Origin: an uncultured Clostridia bacterium
GTDB lineage: Bacteria; Bacillota; Clostridia; Oscillospirales; JAAYOS01
NCBI GenBank assembly: GCA_947631015.1
Contig: CANRJS010000004.1
Span: forward strand, 48,913 to 112,912
Direction of reading: 5' to 3'
DNA: 64,000 nt
Shown here: positions 8,721 through 18,204 of the stretch, in pieces
Layout of the letters: each line of letters begins with the position of its first letter
How positions within the stretch are numbered: position 1 is the stretch's first letter
Program-made: the position numbers and the translations under genes
Notes under the pieces: model-generated
Seen by the model: only the letters and a program-made list of their open reading frames with translations
Database searches by the model: none
What the model was told of the DNA's origin: nothing

Positions 8721-9590
8721 TTATTTTTCGTAAGGATTGACATGCACCATGCAGTGCTCGACCCGTAGTCCCGCGTCCTCGACGCCCTTGTGGACAGCCT
8801 CCGCTATCCGGTGCGCCTCCCGGAGCGGCATATCCGCGTCCACCGCTATTTCGATGTCCACGAACGCGACGTTCCCGCTTATCCGCGCCCGCAGCTCATC
8901 TACCGCGCGGACACCCTCCGTCGCGAGCGCCACCTCGCGTATCTTCTCAAGCTCCTCGGGCGGAATGCTGCGGTCGGTGAGGCGGCTCATCGCCTCGCGC
9001 AGGATGTCAAACGCCGCCTTGAGTATGAGCACCGAGACGCCTATCGCCGCCACCGGCTCGAGCCACCACACGCCTACCATGTTCCCGCCGACGCCGACGA
9101 GCACCGCCACCGAGCTCACCGCGTCGGTGCGGTGGTGCCACGCGTCCGCCATCAGCGAAAGCGAGTTCACCTTCTTCGCCGCGCGGCGGGTGTAGCGGAA
9201 CATCCACTCCTTTGCCATGATCGAGATGACCGTCACCGCGAGCGCGGCGGCGGACGCCTCCGAGCGCTCGCCGAGCCACAGGCTCCGCGCACCCTCAACG
9301 CCTATCATCACCGCCGTGCCGCCGAGCGCCACTGCAAGCAGCACCGACACGAGGCTCTCTATCCGCTGGTGCCCGTAGGGATGGTCCTCGTCCGCGCTGT
9401 TCGAGGCGAGCCGCAGTCCGAGCAGCACCGCGACGGTCGTCGCGACGTCCGAGACCGTATGTACGCCGTCGCTTATCACCGAAACGCTGTGCGCGAAAAA
9501 TCCCACCGTGAGCTTCACCGCCGCAAGGACGGCGTTCGCTATCATTGTTGTGACCGACACTTTTTTCGCTGTCAGATAGCTGTTTTCCAC
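8721..9590 (-). CDS. Cation diffusion facilitator (CDF) family metal efflux transporter
   Basis: HSVSVISDGVHTVSD and DAWHHRTD metal-site motifs, six TM segments and a C-terminal cytoplasmic domain. I chose GTG 9590 (RBS AAGGAGA 8 nt upstream) over the track's ATG 9749, whose extension is non-hydrophobic and covers the promoter. Confidence 0.85.
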   Translation of the reverse strand: MENSYLTAKKVSVTTMIANAVLAAVKLTVGFFAHSVSVISDGVHTVSDVATTVAVLLGLRLASNSADEDHPYGHQRIESLVSVLLAVALGGTAVMIGVEGARSLWLGERSEASAAALAVTVISIMAKEWMFRYTRRAAKKVNSLSLMADAWHHRTDAVSSVAVLVGVGGNMVGVWWLEPVAAIGVSVLILKAAFDILREAMSRLTDRSIPPEELEKIREVALATEGVRAVDELRARISGNVAFVDIEIAVDADMPLREAHRIAEAVHKGVEDAGLRVEHCMVHVNPYEK

Positions 9591-9720
9591 AGAGAATATC
9601 TCCTTTTCGGACGTTTTGCGCCCGGGCTTGTATCTCCCCGCCCGCGCGTGTATAATACATATATATGCCGCCTCTCCCCGCGCTGACAATACGCCGCGCG
9701 GAAAGCTTTGATTAACGCAT
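9591..9720 (-). promoter_or_regulatory. GC-rich structured 5' UTR of about 130 nt for the CDF gene (candidate metal-responsive leader)
   Basis: Lies between the consensus promoter and the RBS. Contains hairpins CCGCGC..GCGCGG and GCGCGGGC..GCCCGGGCGC. Membership of a known riboswitch class is not verified. Confidence 0.3.
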
Positions 9721-9749
9721 ATTGTATCACATGTCTCCTTCCCTTTCAA
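9721..9749 (-). promoter_or_regulatory. Sigma-A-type promoter for the CDF gene
   Basis: On the minus strand: TTGAAA, 17 nt, TACAAT. Confidence 0.6.
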
Positions 9750-9827
9750 GGGAGATCTTCACTCTCCGGAGGCGGGCGGCGTCCCGGGTGCGCCCGCGCC
9801 AAAACAAAACTTTTTTCCCGAAAAAGG

Positions 9828-9856
9828 TTGACAATCGCGGTTTTCGCCGCTATAAT
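9828..9856 (+). promoter_or_regulatory. Consensus sigma-A promoter of the rplU-prp-rpmA operon
   Basis: TTGACA (9828-9833), 17 nt, TATAAT (9851-9856). Confidence 0.7.
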
Positions 9857-9857
9857 A

Positions 9858-9941
9858 TTATCTGCCGCATTGAGCGGGTCCGAAAGCGGCGTATGCCCGC
9901 CCGCAAGAGCGAGAATGAAACGGAAGAAGGTTTTTACTCAA
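9858..9941 (+). ncRNA. rplU 5' leader (candidate L21 ribosomal-protein leader)
   Basis: About 85-nt UTR between the consensus promoter and rplU. L21 leaders are known in Firmicutes, but no covariance-model check was possible here. Confidence 0.35.
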
Positions 9942-10253
9942 ATGGTAGCAATTTTTGAGACCGGCGGCAAGCAGTACAAGGTCACCGAGGGCGACGTTAT
10001 ATTCGTCGAGCGCCTCGAGGCCGCCGAGGGAGAGACCGTCAGCTTTGATAGCGTCCTCGCGATAGTCGACGGATGCGAGTCGAAGTTCGGCACGCCCACG
10101 GTCGAGGGCGCGAAGGTCACGGCAAAGGTCATCAAGAACGGCAAGTCGAAGAAGATACTTGTCTACAAGATGAAGGCGAAGAAGAACTATCGCCGCCGTC
10201 ACGGTCACCGTCAGCCGTACACCCGTCTCCAGATAGAGACCATCACCGCTTAA
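9942..10253 (+). CDS. rplU: 50S ribosomal protein L21
   Basis: [23 protein letters not shown]... is a canonical L21. The track ORF 9708-10253 carries a spurious N-terminal extension over the promoter. Confidence 0.95.
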   Translation: MVAIFETGGKQYKVTEGDVIFVERLEAAEGETVSFDSVLAIVDGCESKFGTPTVEGAKVTAKVIKNGKSKKILVYKMKAKKNYRRRHGHRQPYTRLQIETITA

Positions 10254-10565
10254 GTGACCCGCATCACTCTTACCCGCCGCTCGGGACGCATCGTCCGCAT
10301 AGAGGCGGAGGGTCACAGCGGCTATGCCGACGCCGGCGAGGACATCGTCTGCGCGGCGGTGACGGCGTCGTTCCGCCTGATGTGCGCGCAGCTTGAGGCT
10401 CGCGGCATCGGCGTGAAGGTCATCTCAGACGACCGCCGAGCTTTTCTCTCTCTTGAGGCGGAGGCGGCGGGACACATCTTCGCGGGCTTCGAGGCGTTCG
10501 CGCGCGAGCTCTGCGAGGAATATCCGAAAAACATATCTGTAACGGAGGTAGAGCAAAATGCTTAG
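10254..10565 (+). CDS. prp: Ribosomal-processing cysteine protease Prp
   Basis: 103 aa with GHSGYA and DIVCAAVT (catalytic His/Cys). Located between rplU and rpmA as in Firmicutes. Confidence 0.85.
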   Translation: MTRITLTRRSGRIVRIEAEGHSGYADAGEDIVCAAVTASFRLMCAQLEARGIGVKVISDDRRAFLSLEAEAAGHIFAGFEAFARELCEEYPKNISVTEVEQNA

Positions 10566-10845
10566 AATAGGGCTTCAGTTCTTCGCTCACAAGAAGGGCG
10601 TCGGCTCCACCCGCAACGGCCGCGACAGCGAGTCGAAGCGTCTCGGGGCAAAGCGTGCGGACGGTCAGTTCGTCCTCGCGGGCAACATCCTCGTGCGCCA
10701 GCGCGGCACCAAGATCCATCCCGGCACGAACGTCGGCAAGGGCGGCGACGATACCCTCTTCGCGCTCGTTGACGGCAAGGTGCGTTTTGAGCGTCTCGGC
10801 CGCGACCGCAAGCAGGTCTCGGTCTACGAGGTAGAGGCACAGTAA
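10558..10845 (+). CDS. rpmA: 50S ribosomal protein L27 (with an N-terminal propeptide)
   Basis: [24 protein letters not shown]... carries the Prp cleavage-type N-terminal extension followed by the canonical L27 sequence. Confidence 0.95.
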   Translation: MLRIGLQFFAHKKGVGSTRNGRDSESKRLGAKRADGQFVLAGNILVRQRGTKIHPGTNVGKGGDDTLFALVDGKVRFERLGRDRKQVSVYEVEAQ

Positions 10846-10977
10846 GCGGCGGAGGTCCAATTACGGACTTTTACGCAAAGCCGCCGCTCCGCGCGTCCGG
10901 TTTTTTCCGCAGTATAAGCCGCAGGGAAAACGGGCGCACATCAAAGCGGAACGCGGCGGATCGTTTCGACAGGCTCA

Positions 10978-11006
10978 ACAGGCGGCAGTTCTGCCGCCTG
11001 TTTTTC
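10978..11006 (+). terminator. Rho-independent terminator after rpmA
   Basis: ACAGGCGGCAG / CTGCCGCCTGT stem followed by TTTTT. Confidence 0.7.
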
Positions 11007-11052
11007 CGTAAAGCGGGCATTATATAGATGCAAGTCCGCCCGGAGGTATGAA

Positions 11053-12327
11053 ATGTTTATTGACACGGCAAAAATTTCGATACGCGGAGGCGACGGCGGC
11101 AATGGCGCCGTGAGCTTCCACCGTGAGAAGTACGTCGCGGCCGGCGGGCCGGACGGAGGCGACGGCGGCGACGGCGGGAACGTCGTCCTCCGCGTCGACG
11201 ACCACATGGCGACGCTCATGGACTTCCGCTATCAGCGCAAGTACGCCGCCCCGAACGGCGAGAACGGACAGGGCAAGCGATGCTGCGGACGGCGCGGCGA
11301 AGACCTCGTCATCCGCGTGCCGCGCGGCACCGTCGTCCGGGACGCGGAGAGCGGCGCCGTCATGCACGACATGTCGGACGGCGCTGACTATGTCGCGGCG
11401 CGCGGCGGGCGCGGCGGCTGGGGCAACCGCCACTTCGCCACACCCACGCGCCAGACTCCGCGATTTGCGAAGAACGGTCTCAAGGGCGAGGCGCGCGAGA
11501 TCCTGCTCGAACTGAAGCTCATCGCGGACGTCGGCCTTGTCGGCTTCCCGAACGTCGGCAAGAGCACCCTGCTCTCGGTCGTCTCCGCCGCACGTCCGAA
11601 GATAGCAAACTACCACTTCACCACGCTCCAGCCTAACCTCGGCGTTGTGCGCGTGGACGAGACGACGAGCTTTGTCCTTGCCGACATTCCCGGTATAATC
11701 GAGGGCGCGGCGGAAGGTGCGGGTCTCGGCCATGGCTTCCTCCGCCACATCGACCGCTGCCGCCTGCTCGTCCACCTTGTGGACATATCCGGCAGCGAGT
11801 TTCGCGACCCCGTAGAGGACTTCGAGACGATAAACTCGGAGCTTGCCGGATGGAGCGAGGCTCTTGCCTCCCGCCCGCAGATAGTCGCGGCAAACAAGTG
11901 CGACCTCGCGGACGAGACGAACGAGGCGGCGGCGAAGTTCCGCGCCTACGCTTCGGAGCACGGTCTCGAGGTCTACGAGATCTCCGCCGCCACCGGCATG
12001 GGCGTGCAGGCGCTCATATATGCGATAGCGCGCCGCCTCGCCGACCTTCCCCCAGTCGAATACTACGAGCCGGAGTACGTCGAGCCCGAATTTGAGCCCG
12101 GCCGCCCGGAGGACGTCACCGTCCGCCACGAGGACGGCGTTTACATCCTCGAGGGCGACTGGATAGACCGCATCGGCGGAAGCGTCAACTTCGACGACTA
12201 TGAGAGCCGCATGTGGTTTGAACGTATGCTCCGCACGAGCGGGATGTTTGCGCGCCTCGAGGAGATGGGAATACAGGAGGGCGACACCGTCTGTATCGGC
12301 GACTTGGAATTTGAATACCTGCCCTGA
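11053..12327 (+). CDS. obg: GTPase Obg/CgtA
   Basis: 424 aa with a glycine-rich Obg fold (GGDGGNG, GGDGGDGG), G-domain GFPNVGKST and a C-terminal TGS/OCT-like domain. RBS GGAGG. Confidence 0.95.
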   Translation: MFIDTAKISIRGGDGGNGAVSFHREKYVAAGGPDGGDGGDGGNVVLRVDDHMATLMDFRYQRKYAAPNGENGQGKRCCGRRGEDLVIRVPRGTVVRDAESGAVMHDMSDGADYVAARGGRGGWGNRHFATPTRQTPRFAKNGLKGEAREILLELKLIADVGLVGFPNVGKSTLLSVVSAARPKIANYHFTTLQPNLGVVRVDETTSFVLADIPGIIEGAAEGAGLGHGFLRHIDRCRLLVHLVDISGSEFRDPVEDFETINSELAGWSEALASRPQIVAANKCDLADETNEAAAKFRAYASEHGLEVYEISAATGMGVQALIYAIARRLADLPPVEYYEPEYVEPEFEPGRPEDVTVRHEDGVYILEGDWIDRIGGSVNFDDYESRMWFERMLRTSGMFARLEEMGIQEGDTVCIGDLEFEYLP

Positions 12328-12329
12328 CG

Positions 12330-12637
12330 GGCTTCGCGGCGAATCGCGCTCGCTTCGCTCGCTTACCAATTCGCCGCGAAAGCACCGGACAGAGCGGAGC
12401 TCTGCCGGTGCTATGCGCTCCGCTTCGCGCCGAGTTTTCCGCCTTCGGCGGAAAATCGACGCGCGCTCCGCGCAAAGAGTTTTTTCCGACGTACACGCCG
12501 TCGGAAAAAACGGATTTGACTTTATTTCGCGCCGTTGGCGCGAAACTCTGCGAGGCCAATCGGCGCAAAGCGCCGTTTTGGATTTGGCGAAACTCTGCGA
12601 GGCAGGTCAGCGCGCAGCGGCGCTCGTTTACCTGCTT
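12330..12637 (+). repeat. Intergenic multi-hairpin repeat locus C (type-2 modules; GCGAAACTCTGCGAGGC present twice)
   Basis: Contains CTTACCAATTCGCCGCGAAA, CACCGGACAGAGC..GCTCTGCCGGTG, GAGTTTTCCGCCTTCGGCGGAAAATCGACGCGCGCTCCGCG and two copies of GCGAAACTCTGCGAGGC. All are shared with loci A, B, E and F. Confidence 0.8.
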
Positions 12638-13537
12638 TCAGATAAAGTATCTCTCCACCGTCTTTTTGGTGCAGCCTTGCGGACTGTACCGCCAGTAGTC
12701 GATGTGCCCGCCGGTGATGAAGTATTCCATCGGCGGCGGAGACGCCTCGAAGCGCTCTATGACGAGCAGCTTCACCTTCATCCGCTCCGGGTTTATCGAC
12801 TTTATGTATACCGAGACGCCGTCGCCCTCGGAAAGTCCCTCCCGCCGCTCGGTGAGGCCGGAGAGGTTCGGGGTGAGCTCGATAAACGTCCCGTACTCCT
12901 CCACTCCCCGCACTACGCCCGCGACCGTCTCGCCGACAGCGAAGCGAGCGGCGTTCTGCTCCCACGTTCCGAGCAGCTCGCGGTGGGTGAGGCTCACCCG
13001 CCGCCGCTCGCGGTCTATCCCGAGCACGGCGGCATAACCGTCCTGACCCACCCTGAACCGGTCTGACGGGTGCGAGATGCGGCTTATCGAGATGTTCTCT
13101 ATGCCAATAAGGCTCGCCGTGCCGCACCCGATGTCCACGAATGCGCCGAACGGTTCGAGGTGCGTCACCCGGAACGGCAGCACGTCCCCGGGCGACAGCT
13201 CCATCAGCGCGTCGGACGCTTCCTCCTGCGCCTCGCGGCGGCTCAGTACGATCTCTCCGCCGCGCTCCGCCGGCTTGAAGCAGACGTACCGCCCCACAAG
13301 TGAGATTATCGCTATGTCGCGCACGTCGGGCCCCATCGCGGCCTCGGCGCGCGGTATCATACCGATCCGCCCGCCGAGGTCAACGTACAGGTTCCGCTCC
13401 GCGTCACAGCGGACGGCGCGCGCCTCGACTATCCTTCCGAGCGCCGCGGCGCGGCGCAGTCCCTCCTCCGAACCTATGAACCCGCGGTTCTCCTCCGAAC
13501 CCGCGCGATAGCCCTCCGGCAGATATTTTTCCCGCAT
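12638..13537 (-). CDS. S1 RNA-binding domain-containing protein
   Basis: 299 aa with repeated S1/OB-fold signatures (GDVLPFRVTHLEPFGAFVDIG, GETVAGVVRGVEEYGTFIEL). Confidence 0.8.
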   Translation of the reverse strand: MREKYLPEGYRAGSEENRGFIGSEEGLRRAAALGRIVEARAVRCDAERNLYVDLGGRIGMIPRAEAAMGPDVRDIAIISLVGRYVCFKPAERGGEIVLSRREAQEEASDALMELSPGDVLPFRVTHLEPFGAFVDIGCGTASLIGIENISISRISHPSDRFRVGQDGYAAVLGIDRERRRVSLTHRELLGTWEQNAARFAVGETVAGVVRGVEEYGTFIELTPNLSGLTERREGLSEGDGVSVYIKSINPERMKVKLLVIERFEASPPPMEYFITGGHIDYWRYSPQGCTKKTVERYFI

Positions 13538-13622
13538 ATTTCCCGTCCCTTCCGCAGCTTTGCTTTTCTACAAGCCAATATATTGCGGGACGCGTGAAAA
13601 AATGCCTGTCCGCCGGAGAGCC

Positions 13623-14036
13623 CTAGCTCACGCGGATGTGCGCCGCGTGGCTGTTTGAGAAGATCGACACGACCTGCTCGACGTCGCTCCCGTCCACGAG
13701 CGCGCGGATAAGCACCTCATGCGACACCGGAACGTCCTCATCCACGCCCGCGAACGCCGCCGAAAGCCCGCTCGTCTCGCCCGCCGGCCTGGTGTAGAGA
13801 AAGCCTCCGAACTTGCCCATGTTCGCCCCGGCAAGCGAGCCCCAGTTCTCGCCGATATTGTTCGAGAATATCGAGTTGTACGGGTTTATCAGCACGCCGA
13901 TGTCGTCCGAACGGTACGGCCTGTGCGTCGGTGTGACGTCGAAGCGGGAGAACCGCACCCCGTTTTCGTGCAGCGTCCTTCGGATGAAGTCCGCCTCGTC
14001 GGGAGTATCGACCACCGCCGTTATGAATTTGTCCAC
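13623..14036 (-). CDS. Hypothetical protein (137 aa)
   Basis: GTG 14036 preceded by RBS GGAGGGG. The track's longer ORF (to 14330) would overlap the DUF951 gene and is Arg/Pro-rich. Lies upstream of the S1 gene on the same strand. No domain recognised with confidence. Confidence 0.5.
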   Translation of the reverse strand: MDKFITAVVDTPDEADFIRRTLHENGVRFSRFDVTPTHRPYRSDDIGVLINPYNSIFSNNIGENWGSLAGANMGKFGGFLYTRPAGETSGLSAAFAGVDEDVPVSHEVLIRALVDGSDVEQVVSIFSNSHAAHIRVS

Positions 14037-14112
14037 AGTATCCCCTCCAAATAAATTTCGAGGGTATTTTGTCCGGCTCTGCGCCGGTTTATTTGCAAAA
14101 GAGGGATAGAAT

Positions 14113-14322
14113 ATGGATATACGCCCGGGCGACACGCTCGTCCTGAAGAAGCCGCACCCGTGCGGCGCTTTCGAGTGGGAGGTCACGCGCGTCGGCGCGG
14201 ACTTCCGTCTCCGCTGCCTCGGCTGCGGCCGGGAGGTCATGCGCCCGCGCCGCGACGTCGAGCGCGGAGTGCGCCGCGTACTTCGCGGCGGCGCGGAGGT
14301 CTTCCCCGCGCGGGACGCCTGA
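14113..14322 (+). CDS. DUF951 family small protein
   Basis: 69 aa. GD.LVLKKPHPCG...WEV.R.GADFRL.C..CGR.VM.PR matches the conserved DUF951 pattern as I recall it. Confidence 0.75.
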   Translation: MDIRPGDTLVLKKPHPCGAFEWEVTRVGADFRLRCLGCGREVMRPRRDVERGVRRVLRGGAEVFPARDA

Positions 14323-14366
14323 CCCCGCAAACCTGCCCCAAACCGCCGAAAAGCATGGCAAAAGGC

Positions 14367-14395
14367 TTGACAAGCCGCCCCCGAGGTGCTACAAT
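14367..14395 (+). promoter_or_regulatory. Sigma-A promoter of the pheST leader
   Basis: TTGACA (14367-14372), 17 nt, TACAAT (14390-14395). Confidence 0.7.
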
Positions 14396-14399
14396 CTGT

Positions 14400-14648
14400 A
14401 AATAGCGAAAGACCGTGACCGGGAGAGTAACGGCGGAGCGCGCCAAGAGAGGCGGGGTCGTGGGCTGAAAGCCCCGCCGCGAAGCGAAGCCGCGAAGTTC
14501 ACCCGTGAGTCGCGCGGCTGAAAGCCATGCCTGTAGGCCGCGACGTGGGCGCACGTTACAGCGCGGACGAGGGCGCGGAGCATCCCGCGCCGAAGTTGGG
14601 TGGTACCGCGAAGTCTGCCTTCGCCCCAATGCGGGCGGAGGCTTTTTA
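14400..14648 (+). ncRNA. T-box riboswitch leader, Phe-specific
   Basis: Conserved T-box sequence AAGTTGGGTGGTACCGCG at 14593-14610. TTC codon at 14498-14500 in GAAGTTCA (candidate specifier). GTGA (14415-14418) and AGAGTA (14424-14429) stem-I motifs. Terminator GCCTTCGCCC / GGGCGGAGGC at 14617-14642 plus TTTTT. Sits directly upstream of pheS. Confidence 0.85.
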
Positions 14649-14748
14649 TATGCTTTCGCACCGTGACAGAACGCGCGCCGGCCGCGTCTCCGAGGAGGAC
14701 GGAGCCGGCGGAAAGTCGAATGTGCATTACATCACAGGAGGTCATATT

Positions 14749-15768
14749 ATGCAGGAAAAACTTGAGTTTCTGCGCCGCGAAGCGCTCGAAGCGCTCGAGG
14801 CGGCGAAGAATTCCGAGAAGCTGGAGGAGCTGAGGGTCCGCTTCCTCGGCCGCAAGGGTGAGCTGACGGCGATACTGAAGCAGATGGGCTCCCTCAGCGC
14901 CGAGGAGCGCCCGAAGATGGGCGCGCTTGCAAACGACGTGCGCGGCTTCATCGAAAAGGAGCTCGAGGTCCGCGGCAAGGCACTCGCGGAGGAGGCTCTC
15001 GCGCTCAAGCTCGAAAGCGAGCAGGTCGACGTGACGCTCCCCGGCTCGCACCGCGAGCTCGGGCACAAGCATCCGATGACGTCGCTTCTCGACGAGGTGA
15101 AGGAGATCTTCATCGGCATGGGCTTCGAGATAATCGAAGGCCCGGAGGTCGAGACGACCTTCTACAACTTCACCGCGCTGAACACCCCGGAGAACCACCC
15201 GTCCCGCGAGCCGCAGGACACCTTCTATTTCTCCCCCGACGTTCTGCTCCGCACCCAGACCTCGGCGATGCAGGCGAGGTATATGGAGACGCACAAGCCG
15301 CCCTTCCGCATCATCGCCCCCGGCCGCACCTACCGCAAGGACGAGGTCGACGCGACGCACAGCCCGATGTTTCACCAGATAGAGGGTCTTGTCGTCGACA
15401 AGGGGATAAAATTCACCGACCTCAAGGGCACGCTCGACATGCTCTTCAAGAAGATATACGGCGAGGATACGCGCATCCGCTTCCGCCCGCACCACTTCCC
15501 GTTCACCGAGCCCTCCGCCGAGATGGACCTTCAGTGCTTCAACTGCCACGGCGAGGGCTGCCGGATGTGCCACGGCGAGGGTTGGATAGAGATGCTCGGC
15601 TGCGGAATGGTCCACCCGAACGTGCTTCGCATCTGCGGCATCGACCCGGATGAATACTCCGGCTTCGCGTTCGGTCTCGGCACCGACCGCATGGCCATGT
15701 GGCGCTACGGCGTGAGCGACATGCGCCTGTTCTTCGACAACGACATGCGTTTCCTCACGCAGTTTTAA
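14749..15768 (+). CDS. pheS: Phenylalanine--tRNA ligase alpha subunit
   Basis: 339 aa from ATG 14749 (RBS AGGAGG). Class II aaRS motifs present (FRPHHFPFTEPSAE, GFAFGLGTDRMAM). The track ORF start at 14527 lies inside the T-box leader. Confidence 0.95.
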   Translation: MQEKLEFLRREALEALEAAKNSEKLEELRVRFLGRKGELTAILKQMGSLSAEERPKMGALANDVRGFIEKELEVRGKALAEEALALKLESEQVDVTLPGSHRELGHKHPMTSLLDEVKEIFIGMGFEIIEGPEVETTFYNFTALNTPENHPSREPQDTFYFSPDVLLRTQTSAMQARYMETHKPPFRIIAPGRTYRKDEVDATHSPMFHQIEGLVVDKGIKFTDLKGTLDMLFKKIYGEDTRIRFRPHHFPFTEPSAEMDLQCFNCHGEGCRMCHGEGWIEMLGCGMVHPNVLRICGIDPDEYSGFAFGLGTDRMAMWRYGVSDMRLFFDNDMRFLTQF

Positions 15769-15783
15769 GGGAGGCAAAACGGT

Positions 15784-18204
15784 ATGAATCTTTCAAGAAA
15801 ATGGCTCCGCGAGTTCGTTGACGTCTCGGACATCAGCGACCGCGAATTTTACCACCGCATGACCATGACCGGCTCGAAGATAGAGACCGTCACCGACTGC
15901 GGCGAGGCGACGACGCACGTCGTCGTCGGTCTCGTGAAGTCCGTCGAGAAGCACCCGAATGCCGACAAGCTTGTCGTCTGCCATGTCGACGTGGGGGACG
16001 GCGAGGACCTCGTGATATGCACCGGCGCCTCCAACGTCACCCCCGGCTGTGTCGTTCCTGTAGCGCTCTGCGGAGCGGATCTTCCGAACACCACCCACCC
16101 GCACATCGAAAAGACGGTCATGCGCGGCGTCGAGTCGAACGGCATGCTCTGCTCGATGGGCGAGCTCGGGCTTGACCTGCGCGACCTTCCCGCGGGCGAC
16201 CCGGACGGGATACTCCTTCTGAACGCCCCCGGTATGGACGTCCTGCCCGAGGACTACAAGCTCGGCGACGACATCCGCCCGATACTCGGCCTTGACGACC
16301 ACATCGTCGAGTTCGAGATAACCCCGAACCGTCCCGACTGCCTGTCGGTGATAGGTCTCGCGCGCGAGGCCGCCGCGACCTTCAGCCGTCCGCTCACGCT
16401 CCACACGCCCGTGGTGAATGGCGGCGCGGGGCATATAGGCGACATGCTCTCGGTCGAGGTGCGCGAGCCGGAGCTTTGCCCGCGCTACACCGCCCGCGTC
16501 GTGAAGAACGTGAAGATCGGCCCCAGCCCGAAGTGGATGCGCGAGCGGCTCCGCGCCGCCGGCGTCCGCCCGATAAGCAACATCGTCGACATCACAAACT
16601 ACGTCATGCTTGAGTACGGCCAGCCGATGCACGCCTTCGACTACGCCTGCCTCGACGGCGGAAAGATAGTCGTCCGCCGCGCAACCCCCGGCGAGACGAT
16701 GGCCACTCTCGACTCGAAGGAGCGCGCCCTCACACCGGACATGCTCGTCATAGCTGACGAGCACAAGGCGAGCGCCGTCGCGGGCGTCATGGGCGGCGCG
16801 ATAAGCGAGATAACCGACAAGACTACCACCATTGTCTTCGAGAGCGCCAACTTCGACGGCGCGTCGGTGCGCCGCACCGCCGTCGCGCTCGGCATGCGCA
16901 CCGACTCCTCCTCCCGCTTCGAGAAGGGGCTTGACCCGGAGAACACGATACCCGCCGTCGACCGCGCGTGCGAGCTTGTCGAGCTGCTCGGCTGCGGCGA
17001 GGTCGCGGACGGATATATCGACATCAACAACACCCACTACGTCGAAAAGACCGTCCCGCTCGAGTGGGAGCGGATAAACGCCCTGCTCGGCTGCGACCTC
17101 TCGGAGGACTACATGGCGGAGGCACTTCGCCGCCTGCACTTCAAGGTGGAGCGCAAATGTGGCAAGTACGTCGTCCACGTCCCGTCCTACCGCATGGACG
17201 TCAGCATGATGGCCGACCTCGCGGAGGAGGTCGCCCGCATGTACGGCTACGACGAGCTTGACACCACCCTCGCGATGGGCGCCGCCACCCTCGGCGGCTA
17301 CACCCCGCGCCAGACGGCGGAGAACCGCGCCGGCGTCCTCGCCCGCGCGCTCGGCTACACCGAGGTGCTGACCTACTCCTTCACCTCACCGAGCTTTGCC
17401 GACCGCCTGCATCTGCCGGAAGACTCGCCTCTCCGCAACACCATGAAGATACTCAACCCCCTCGGCGAGGACCGCTCGGTGATGAGAACGACCACCCTCG
17501 GCTCGATGCTCGAGGTCGCGGCGAAGAACTGCGCCTCCCGCGTACCGGAAGCGCGGCTCTACGAGCTCGCGAAGGTCTATCTTCCCAAGGGCGACGGCTC
17601 CTGCTCCGAGCCGAAGCGCCTCACCCTCGCGGCCTACGGCGGAGAGTACGACTTCTTCACGCTCAAGGGCGACATAGAGGCTCTGCTTTCCGGCCTGCAC
17701 GTCGCGGGCCTCGACTGGACGGCCCTGCGTGACGACGCGACCTTCCACCCCGGACGCGCCGCAGTCATCCGCGCGGACGGCGTCCTCGTCGGCAAGGCGG
17801 GGCAGATACACCCGACCGTCGCCGAGGGCTACGGCATTGATTCCGACCTGTATATCGCCGAGCTCGACTTCGAGGCGATATGCGCGCTCGACGCGGGCGA
17901 CCCGACCTTCAAGCCTCTTCCCCGCTTCCCGTCCACCACGCGTGACATGGCCGTCGTCTGCCGTGACGAGATACCGGCGGGCGACCTTCTCCGCACCGTG
18001 CGGAACGCCGCGAGCGAGCTGCTTGTGTCCGCTAATGTCTTTGACGTCTACCGTGGCGAGCACATTCTCAGCGGCTTCAAGAGCGTGGCAATTTCGCTCG
18101 AGTTCCGCGCGGACGACCGCACCCTCACCGACGCCGAGGTGGACGAGTGCTTCGGCGCGGCGCTCAAGGCTCTTGCGGACGAGTACGGCGCGTCGCTTCG
18201 CTGA
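15784..18204 (+). CDS. pheT: Phenylalanine--tRNA ligase beta subunit
   Basis: 806 aa with N-terminal tRNA-binding domain, B3/4, B5 and C-terminal FDX-ACB domains. Immediately follows pheS. Confidence 0.95.
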   Translation: MNLSRKWLREFVDVSDISDREFYHRMTMTGSKIETVTDCGEATTHVVVGLVKSVEKHPNADKLVVCHVDVGDGEDLVICTGASNVTPGCVVPVALCGADLPNTTHPHIEKTVMRGVESNGMLCSMGELGLDLRDLPAGDPDGILLLNAPGMDVLPEDYKLGDDIRPILGLDDHIVEFEITPNRPDCLSVIGLAREAAATFSRPLTLHTPVVNGGAGHIGDMLSVEVREPELCPRYTARVVKNVKIGPSPKWMRERLRAAGVRPISNIVDITNYVMLEYGQPMHAFDYACLDGGKIVVRRATPGETMATLDSKERALTPDMLVIADEHKASAVAGVMGGAISEITDKTTTIVFESANFDGASVRRTAVALGMRTDSSSRFEKGLDPENTIPAVDRACELVELLGCGEVADGYIDINNTHYVEKTVPLEWERINALLGCDLSEDYMAEALRRLHFKVERKCGKYVVHVPSYRMDVSMMADLAEEVARMYGYDELDTTLAMGAATLGGYTPRQTAENRAGVLARALGYTEVLTYSFTSPSFADRLHLPEDSPLRNTMKILNPLGEDRSVMRTTTLGSMLEVAAKNCASRVPEARLYELAKVYLPKGDGSCSEPKRLTLAAYGGEYDFFTLKGDIEALLSGLHVAGLDWTALRDDATFHPGRAAVIRADGVLVGKAGQIHPTVAEGYGIDSDLYIAELDFEAICALDAGDPTFKPLPRFPSTTRDMAVVCRDEIPAGDLLRTVRNAASELLVSANVFDVYRGEHILSGFKSVAISLEFRADDRTLTDAEVDECFGAALKALADEYGASLR

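Noticed and set aside
9708-10253. 181-aa ORF (extended L21). The analogous 5' extensions of pheS (14527), dapL (20955), lacZ (26057), the CDF gene (9749) and coaD (60869) fall in the same class.
   Set aside because: The extensions cover promoters, leaders or upstream genes and lack RBSs. Internal starts with good RBSs reproduce the canonical protein N-termini.
13623-14330. 235-aa version of the minus-strand ORF.
   Set aside because: The N-terminal ~98 aa are Arg/Pro/Ser-rich and fully overlap the conserved DUF951 gene on the other strand. A GTG at 14036 with RBS GGAGGGG gives a compact 137-aa product.
14389-15777. 462-aa minus-strand ORF. Similar long antisense ORFs lie at 797-1684, 3640-4848, 11020-12369, 21231-22442, 22625-23758, 26006-27433, 27461-29047, 15793-17178 and 54621-55961.
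   Set aside because: Each lies opposite a gene with unmistakable conserved motifs (pheS, infB, truB, obg, dapL, M42, lacZ, pheT, pbp). The compositions are low-complexity and no RBS is present. They are artefacts of GC3-rich coding on the other strand.
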